From IMG/VR virus record IMGVR_UViG_3300036770_001519, positions 3,671 through 67,670 of that record: 64,000 bases of DNA; one strand, 5' to 3'. Shown here in pieces: positions 58,301-64,000 of this stretch. Source of the stretch: a virus. The notes beneath the pieces were generated by a model. That model made no database searches. It saw only the letters and a program-made list of their open reading frames with translations, and was not told the DNA's origin. The translations under genes were made by a program, and so were the position numbers. Each line of letters starts with the position of its first letter. Position 1 is the stretch's first letter.

Positions 58301-61300
58301 GGCTCCAACTACCTCTATCCAGCGGCTCTTCCACAGACTTGGAGATCACCTAGGAAACGTAGGAGAAAACTTCAAGACTCAAGAAGCACTTGAAGCTGGT
58401 CTTGCTCTTTCACCAGTTGCAGAAGAAGTGTTTGAAAAGCTACTGATCAGAAGCAATGACAAGATCAGCGAACTATTTGACATCAGCTATCATAGAATCT
58501 TCAAGAGACTTCCAGCCGACAAACGAAATGAAATCGGCGTTGAGATTCTTGGAGAGATGGCGTGGAATGACTATAAGGCAAAGCTGGAAAAGTCAACGGC
58601 AGAAGCAAGAGTCAAGACTGATCCTATACTTGCAGGAGCAGCTGCTCCGCGTGTAAGGGTATCTGATGTTGTCAATGACATTGCAGCAGTAGCCGCAGGA
58701 ACAGCTACAAAGAAGACAATCAGAGAAGCACTAAAAGCTGGCTTGACCAAAGATCAAATTTTAAGTAAGCTTAAAGAGTTTGGTGCTCTTACAGCTAAAT
58801 CACTTGGGACTTATCTTCCAAAAGATCGTGATGCAACACCATATACTTTTGTAAAAACATACAAGCATAGTAAGTTACCATTTCACGCTGATACAACACT
58901 AGAAGTTATAGATGAAAAAATAGCTAGAGAGGGTAAAGACACTAAAATAAATTATGTTGTTGATACCCGTATTTCACTTACTGGTTCAGAACTAGAAATA
59001 CTTCCAATTTTTTACTCTATTAGTTTAGAAGATCTACGAGCAGAGTTTGTAAGACGGTCTGGAGAAAAAACAGAAGCTCCAGAAGTTTCAGAAACCGAGA
59101 TTCTAGAGGCTATTGATGCCTTGAGCACCTCAACTGGCTTCGTAGATTCCGATGGTCTTGCTGTAGAGCTAACATCAACAGAAGCTGTTGTAGCCACAAT
59201 GCGGGCTGTAGAAGCTGCTGAAACAAGAGCTGTAGCTGAAAGAGCTGCGGCAACAGCAGACGAACTATCGACAAGAACCGATGAGGAAATGCTTGGATAT
59301 TCTCCAGACACTTCCGTATCTACGGCTGGTGTTGAGGTTCTGTCTGCTTCTGAAATCAATGTTGAGACTGAGGTACCAACACCAGCAGCACTGGGTGTAA
59401 CAAATACACTTGCACGTCTTACAACAGTAAGAAACAATGCAGAAAGAGTATCTCAGGAGCTTCCTGAAACAGCGCGAAGACAGCTGGCTGCGTTTGCATC
59501 ACTGGCTGTTTCAAACCCAGAAAGAACGGCTGAGCTTGTAAAAGCTTGGCGTGAGTATCAGACTAATAACGTACAGACCGCTCCAAGGGCTGCAGAGGAA
59601 TATCTTGTTGCAGAGATGCGAAACATCATTGCACGGGATACAATTGAAACCCTTACTGGAATGTCGGATGAGGCATTGACCCAGTTTGTTAGATTGCGAA
59701 AATTCGTTGAAGAGTTTTCGGATACTCCAGAGTATGACAAGCTTATTATCAACAATGATTTTGAAGGCTTCATTGAAAAGCATCCAGAATTCTCAAGAGA
59801 ACAGCTTCAACTATACTTGCTTGGTCTTTCTCACATTCAGTCTCAGCTTTCACGTGCTGAGTTCATGTCGGCATCTCGTACCCTTAGAAGGGATGCTGCA
59901 GCATACGATGCCGCAGTTGCGTATGTAAAGGAAAACGAAGAGGCATATGCCAAGGCTCTTGAAACAAAGAGCGATGCTGACAAGGATCTGATCAAGAAAG
60001 TAAAGGCAAGCAAGACCATAATCACAAACTATGAGAACGCACAAAAGCGTGTTCAGATGGGTGTGCTTGGCAACGAGATCGTTGACCAGGGAGTGGTTGA
60101 GTCCGTAACAAAGACAAGAACATTCGACATTGAAAACCTTGCCAACTACCGCAGGGTCTACGATATCTACCAAGGTGTCGAGGACGTGCTGAACAACAAG
60201 GGTATTTCGGTTGACATCAGTGTGCTTGATCTTCTTGAGGAGTTCGACAAAGACAACAAGCTTATCAGCAGCATTGCCGAAAGACTTGGCGTTTCCGATG
60301 AGGAAAACCAAAGAGAGGCTGTGCTTGAGTGGGCTTCAGGAAAAGACGAGTACAACAACAACAAGTTCTCCAAGGAGAATCTTGCCTCAGCCAAGGCTTA
60401 TGTACGAGGTGTAGTAAAGAAGCTGAACGAAAAGCAGCAGTCAAAGGGAACAAAGAAGCAGGTTGGCAGCTTTGAGGTTGTATCGGGAGGAACCACTACG
60501 GATCTATCCGCTGGTCTTACCTCCACCAACCGAGAGACAAAGACGCTAAGCAAGCTCGCTGCAAACAACGAAAGCAATCTTCTTCTATTTACCACCTCTG
60601 TTCTCTATGAAAGACTAAAGAACAATGGAGAGGTTGAGCTTGCAGAATACCTTGCTGCAAGACGGGCAACTCACTGGTTGCCTGGAAACAGAGAAGACAA
60701 TATTAGGTCTGCATTTGAGCTTCGTCAAAACGAACTTGGCTTGAATGCACTGACCAAAGCAAGCATCGACGCACTTGAGCAAAAACTTGTCAGAAGAATT
60801 GGAGAGTTTGCACGGGAGCTTAAGACGCTTGGTCTTGGTGAAGCAGCCGAGATCATAACAACAACAAAACTTGGAATGGACGAGACGGTTGTATTCAACC
60901 AAGGTCCGATTGATCTACAGTTGGAACAGCTTGCCGAGAAGGTAGCCCTGTCAATGGATGTAACACCATCCCGTCTTATTCCAGTTGAAAGACAGTTGAT
61001 GTCTGCAATGGCTAATGCCCGTAGACTGGAAGAAGAAGAAATGTCAATGGACTTCAAGAATCTCATTCTTGATATTCAGATTGGAGAGATCAAGACAGCC
61101 AAGGAGCTTATCCAGCGTCTTGCATCCTTCAAGAACGACGCACAGGGAGTTGCGAAGCAGATTGCTAAAAACGACTTCCTTCTTTCTGTTCTTGATTCGA
61201 CAACACTCATGCTTGTTCTTGACAAGTATGCTGTTGCTGCATATAGTCCAAGACACAACATCTTGGCTATCAATCCATTTCAGGCACAACATCCAAACAC

Positions 61301-64000
61301 CTTGCTGCATGAGGTATATCATGCAATGACATCGGCTACTATCTTCAACATGCTTGGAGAAAGAAACCTAGATGTCGGTGAAGACTATTTATCAAGTCTT
61401 GTTGAGCTGCGTGAAACAGTTAGTGAAGACCTTAGAATACTTATTGACATGTACCTAAAGTACGTCAATGAAAAGGTTCCACCAGGTCTGCGCGGAGCAA
61501 TTAACGATACCAAGATGTTTGAGGAAATGATGGCAGCTAATCCCGAAGCTGGTAGATACTACGCGGGATTCTCTCTAGATGAGTTTGTTGCCGAAGGTCT
61601 TACAAATCCATCTGTGGTCAAGGATCTACTTACGTTGGATTCCGACGATATCGTAGATACTGGTGCATACAGGGACATGATAGAGGCAACCCTAAGAATG
61701 GTTGGAATCAAGCCAACGGAAGAAACATTCTCAGTTGCATCTGGAAAGGCTTTTACAAACCTGTCAGCAACCACGATGAACATTGCAAATGACCTTGAGT
61801 CTGCGTTTGGAATCATCGGTATGGTTCATACCTTGGAAGATCTTCTTCCAACATCTCCATCCTACTCATCAGCTGACATTATGTTCAGAATGCGTGGGTC
61901 GCAGATTCAACCAATCTCTGCGTTTGTACATGCTGGAAAGGATCCTAGAAAGACTGCTGTTGTATACAACCAGGCTTTCGTAAATCCTGCTGAAAAGGAA
62001 CAGTTAAAGCTAAGAGCTGATCTTTCAGCTGCAAAGGGCCGTCTTCACAAGAAGTATAAAATCTTCAATCAAGACTCCGTACATCTGGAAAAACTTGAGG
62101 AAAACAAGTTTACGGTTGTTGGCGGTCAGCTTGGATCGAACCAAGCAAAACAACTTGTAGATGAATCTGGAAAGAAGTTCTACCTAAAGAAAGCAAAGTC
62201 AAAAAGCCATGCTGAAAACGAGATACTTGCACAAGTACTCTATGGTGCACTTGGTATCAAGTCGGTAAAGTCCGTAAAGGTAACTCAAGATGCCTTCGGA
62301 ATGTCTGGTCCACTGCTAATGTCATCGTGGCTGGATAATGTTGTTTCATTTGACAAGAACAACCCAGACCACATCAAGGCTGGGCATGAGGTATTCATGG
62401 CATCGGCTTGGCTAGCTAACTGGGATGTAGCTGGTGGTCCAGGATCTCCATACGACAATACGGATGGCAATGGTGTAATCCTAGATACTGGTGGATCTCT
62501 TAAGTGGAGAGCCATGGGTAGTCCTAAGGGTACTGCATTTGGTCCAGAAGTTACGGAGCTTGACAAATTCCTAGATCCATATACAAACCCAACGGCAGCA
62601 AACATGTTTGCAAACCTAACGGATGCAGACAAGCTAGAACAAGCGGCTAATCTTGTTGGAACAATGACCAATAGTCTAATCAAGGATCTTGTGTTCACCA
62701 TTATAACGGATAATGCAGAAGCCAAGGAAATTTCCAACATACTGATTGCGCGAAGAAACTATATTTCCAATAAGTTCCTTGGCACAATAAAGAGTATTGA
62801 AGTTTCAAAGGAGAATGCCGACTGGTCTATTAAGTCAATCATTGATCAGGAAGAACCAGATCTTGCTGAAATTCCAGCAAAGGAATCTTCTCTATATCAA
62901 GAAATTGCTTTAAATGATGCAGTAACTAATTTGTTTTATAAAGTATATCCTACCGTTAACACATCTATGTTAAACGAGGTTCAGGAGTGGGTAGTCAATG
63001 AAGTATTGACAGGATCTGCTTTTAACACCATGTTACTAGCAGTACAAGAAGTTTCTAACGACCTTGAGCCAGGTTGGGTATACAGCGTTGATGTCTTGAA
63101 GAAGAAAATTATCAGTACATTTGATGAACTTATTCTTACAACACCAGTAATAAACTCCGTAAACTCTGTTGTAGAAGATACAGCAGACGGTGCTGCGGTT
63201 GCAATTGAAAATCCACTTGTACCCTTTATTGCAAACAAGATAAAGAATCCAGACTCTAAGTTTAAATGGGAAGATTGGCACTCTTTGAATCCCAAGCTAC
63301 CACAGTCATTATGGGAAAATCTATTCGATTCTTATAATCTTTCATTTGACGATGTGTGGAAAACACATCTTTACGATCTACTCCAAAAAATGGACGAAGA
63401 TAGTAGAGTCGATGCACAAACCAAAGCAGCCGAATATGCAGTATGGTTTGCAGCTAAAGGATACATTATACCAGAAGCTACCGCGCTATTTCTCACCATC
63501 AAAAATCAGTGGCCTGCTGTAGCCGCATACACTTCATATATGAAAGATGATGAAGTTATTTTTGACTGGACAAGTAACTGGACTATATACTCACCTACTA
63601 GTGATGATCTTCTTACTTTCTTAAATAGTAATCATGGCGATAGCCTTGATATATCAGAAGAATTTAAGACATTTGGAATTAGCTCAGAAGCTCAGGTTAA
63701 ACTTACTGGTTTATGTTATACTCTTGAAAGTTTAGGTTTTAGTGAACACGGTTGGTCTATAGAAAATTATGTTGCTACGAAAGTAGACAACATTATGATG
63801 TCAAACGAATCTGGAGAATTTACTTCAGATGATTTTAATACTTTAGCTAATGCTTTAAGTCTCCAGTTTACGCTATCAGCTAGTTCGTTGAAGAAGGTAA
63901 TTGATCAAAAGGCTAGTTCTATAGTAGCAGTAGAGGATGCAAATCTTAGTGCTATAAAGCCTTCTGTAGTTTCTGAAAATGCTTTTCAAAAAGCATTTGC
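55395..64000 (+). CDS. Giant internal virion / polyvalent protein (>2868 aa, 3'-truncated) with two zincin motifs and a kinase-like domain
   Basis: AAGGA RBS and ATG 55395. No in-frame stop (absent from the ORF track; frame spot-checked). HEMGH 58089-58103, HEVYH 61308-61322 with DEFVAE 61578-61595, kinase motifs ~62100-62770, all in frame. Confidence 0.85.
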   Translation, partial: MSGIDPFKLLQDVFESNKQLASERDPDTKPLFAQYAGLENSISESAVQPTLAAQRAERAQFDREYVGLSTLKAFDNLKFNVVDDNGSRFNRGYSAMKDTVQTASSQGWGERNIFRERQRLNMSKGQASGFIKTSDEMGSWRDRREGISQWYDGVVEHFEKWFHTTELEGDYQKLKWQLSQPDSSWTEARKYEALSNWQEQNKEAYDYIRRAGVDFNTFVGPTVNETGFNVAMMEAAKQAVLNRRMRLWEEDNGAVLKFVASAAESFKDPAMMRDILLTTALTMGLATPQVIGTRLGVNGLQVSQSALASARLLQLTGPMTGLIEGPVYAALRGTILNQAGRRATDTMVARGLAMFTEGAVAGTVASLADQRDDYEWRSLVFKDTDKVFKYDFKNAITEGVYSGTGAMTMLGLMRFGLGALGDFKYYSKGDWNNWGRSIANSLDTWAETKEGLTVFGEQLSDGRGMFFGDLIDRYMKGKDGRDFANIMLNGSRLFGRLDPVIAGRLNLDTKEVLEVAEEFEKITGVAGEAAMRRLDGVDPDLSNTFMLMLNKKFLESQDLSYPEVAGLLKDFSSYSSGKGMLPLPETGEGRFLRAVKKDPARTSQQLRRLLDLRILDKKLNKYGVSSVVALADAENALGRRLDLMEDNDYRSYRMAAAFAEGSQKEQAVVSSLSTLLSTTDEMVNIGGREIPTEVARQAVRTSLGLDGRKELLYLNDAGEADRATFMVMIDPATNEVLRTRRQLTVGKDGSLEISFAAKENASYKPENIISTVEFKEKIEEINNKIREGWLDWTKKNIKKAIEGVKDPVKKKEIEKTFDDLFNEGKEPTIENISRIFSMNKTEATVSQIIMRSLGYDPNEKMLRIARGSVDEGATGNIILAGTQALINATKASDIGTVAHEMGHYNRFIFGQDTEDSRAARHAIGITDDMWDKFKDWCGVKDGNWTLAAEEKFANGWAYYIRNVMQGNGKAPTTSIQRLFHRLGDHLGNVGENFKTQEALEAGLALSPVAEEVFEKLLIRSNDKISELFDISYHRIFKRLPADKRNEIGVEILGEMAWNDYKAKLEKSTAEARVKTDPILAGAAAPRVRVSDVVNDIAAVAAGTATKKTIREALKAGLTKDQILSKLKEFGALTAKSLGTYLPKDRDATPYTFVKTYKHSKLPFHADTTLEVIDEKIAREGKDTKINYVVDTRISLTGSELEILPIFYSISLEDLRAEFVRRSGEKTEAPEVSETEILEAIDALSTSTGFVDSDGLAVELTSTEAVVATMRAVEAAETRAVAERAAATADELSTRTDEEMLGYSPDTSVSTAGVEVLSASEINVETEVPTPAALGVTNTLARLTTVRNNAERVSQELPETARRQLAAFASLAVSNPERTAELVKAWREYQTNNVQTAPRAAEEYLVAEMRNIIARDTIETLTGMSDEALTQFVRLRKFVEEFSDTPEYDKLIINNDFEGFIEKHPEFSREQLQLYLLGLSHIQSQLSRAEFMSASRTLRRDAAAYDAAVAYVKENEEAYAKALETKSDADKDLIKKVKASKTIITNYENAQKRVQMGVLGNEIVDQGVVESVTKTRTFDIENLANYRRVYDIYQGVEDVLNNKGISVDISVLDLLEEFDKDNKLISSIAERLGVSDEENQREAVLEWASGKDEYNNNKFSKENLASAKAYVRGVVKKLNEKQQSKGTKKQVGSFEVVSGGTTTDLSAGLTSTNRETKTLSKLAANNESNLLLFTTSVLYERLKNNGEVELAEYLAARRATHWLPGNREDNIRSAFELRQNELGLNALTKASIDALEQKLVRRIGEFARELKTLGLGEAAEIITTTKLGMDETVVFNQGPIDLQLEQLAEKVALSMDVTPSRLIPVERQLMSAMANARRLEEEEMSMDFKNLILDIQIGEIKTAKELIQRLASFKNDAQGVAKQIAKNDFLLSVLDSTTLMLVLDKYAVAAYSPRHNILAINPFQAQHPNTLLHEVYHAMTSATIFNMLGERNLDVGEDYLSSLVELRETVSEDLRILIDMYLKYVNEKVPPGLRGAINDTKMFEEMMAANPEAGRYYAGFSLDEFVAEGLTNPSVVKDLLTLDSDDIVDTGAYRDMIEATLRMVGIKPTEETFSVASGKAFTNLSATTMNIANDLESAFGIIGMVHTLEDLLPTSPSYSSADIMFRMRGSQIQPISAFVHAGKDPRKTAVVYNQAFVNPAEKEQLKLRADLSAAKGRLHKKYKIFNQDSVHLEKLEENKFTVVGGQLGSNQAKQLVDESGKKFYLKKAKSKSHAENEILAQVLYGALGIKSVKSVKVTQDAFGMSGPLLMSSWLDNVVSFDKNNPDHIKAGHEVFMASAWLANWDVAGGPGSPYDNTDGNGVILDTGGSLKWRAMGSPKGTAFGPEVTELDKFLDPYTNPTAANMFANLTDADKLEQAANLVGTMTNSLIKDLVFTIITDNAEAKEISNILIARRNYISNKFLGTIKSIEVSKENADWSIKSIIDQEEPDLAEIPAKESSLYQEIALNDAVTNLFYKVYPTVNTSMLNEVQEWVVNEVLTGSAFNTMLLAVQEVSNDLEPGWVYSVDVLKKKIISTFDELILTTPVINSVNSVVEDTADGAAVAIENPLVPFIANKIKNPDSKFKWEDWHSLNPKLPQSLWENLFDSYNLSFDDVWKTHLYDLLQKMDEDSRVDAQTKAAEYAVWFAAKGYIIPEATALFLTIKNQWPAVAAYTSYMKDDEVIFDWTSNWTIYSPTSDDLLTFLNSNHGDSLDISEEFKTFGISSEAQVKLTGLCYTLESLGFSEHGWSIENYVATKVDNIMMSNESGEFTSDDFNTLANALSLQFTLSASSLKKVIDQKASSIVAVEDANLSAIKPSVVSENAFQKAF

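Noticed and set aside
55500-63300. Apparent gene desert with short + strand ORFs in the track
   Set aside because: Explained by the unterminated giant ORF from 55395; the short ORFs are in other frames.
1-64000. Minus-strand ORFs in the track
   Set aside because: Nearly all overlap well-supported + strand genes, and I recognised no protein motifs in them. They are antisense shadows in a unidirectional genome.

Overview
The window is most of the genome of a T7-like podophage (Autographiviridae-type), with every credible gene on the + strand. Order: 3' end of an internal-virion gene (1-639); non-coding, hairpin-rich probable genome-end region (~635-1340); small early genes (1.4-8.8 kb); single-subunit RNA polymerase; replication and nucleotide genes (SSB, RusA, four tRNAs, ThyX, deaminase, primase-helicase, family A DNA polymerase, dNMP kinase, exonuclease, dUTPase, class II RNR); portal, scaffold, capsid, tail and fibre genes; small basic proteins; terminase; internal virion proteins. 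The last gene (from 55395) is not in the supplied ORF track because it has no stop before the window end (>2868 aa). Most notable: (1) this giant ejection-type protein carries two HExxH zincin motifs and a HipA/PI3-4K-like kinase domain, i.e. a polyvalent effector protein; (2) a cohesin-like plus dockerin-like protein of a type I associate with Phycisphaerae (Planctomycetota), suggesting the host; (3) tRNA-Ile(UAU) with a long variable arm beside tRNA-Leu(CAA) with a short one; (4) a 16-nt motif found three times, a candidate phage promoter; (5) several multi-hairpin intergenic RNAs. All calls come from motif recognition by eye; no searches or folding programs were run.
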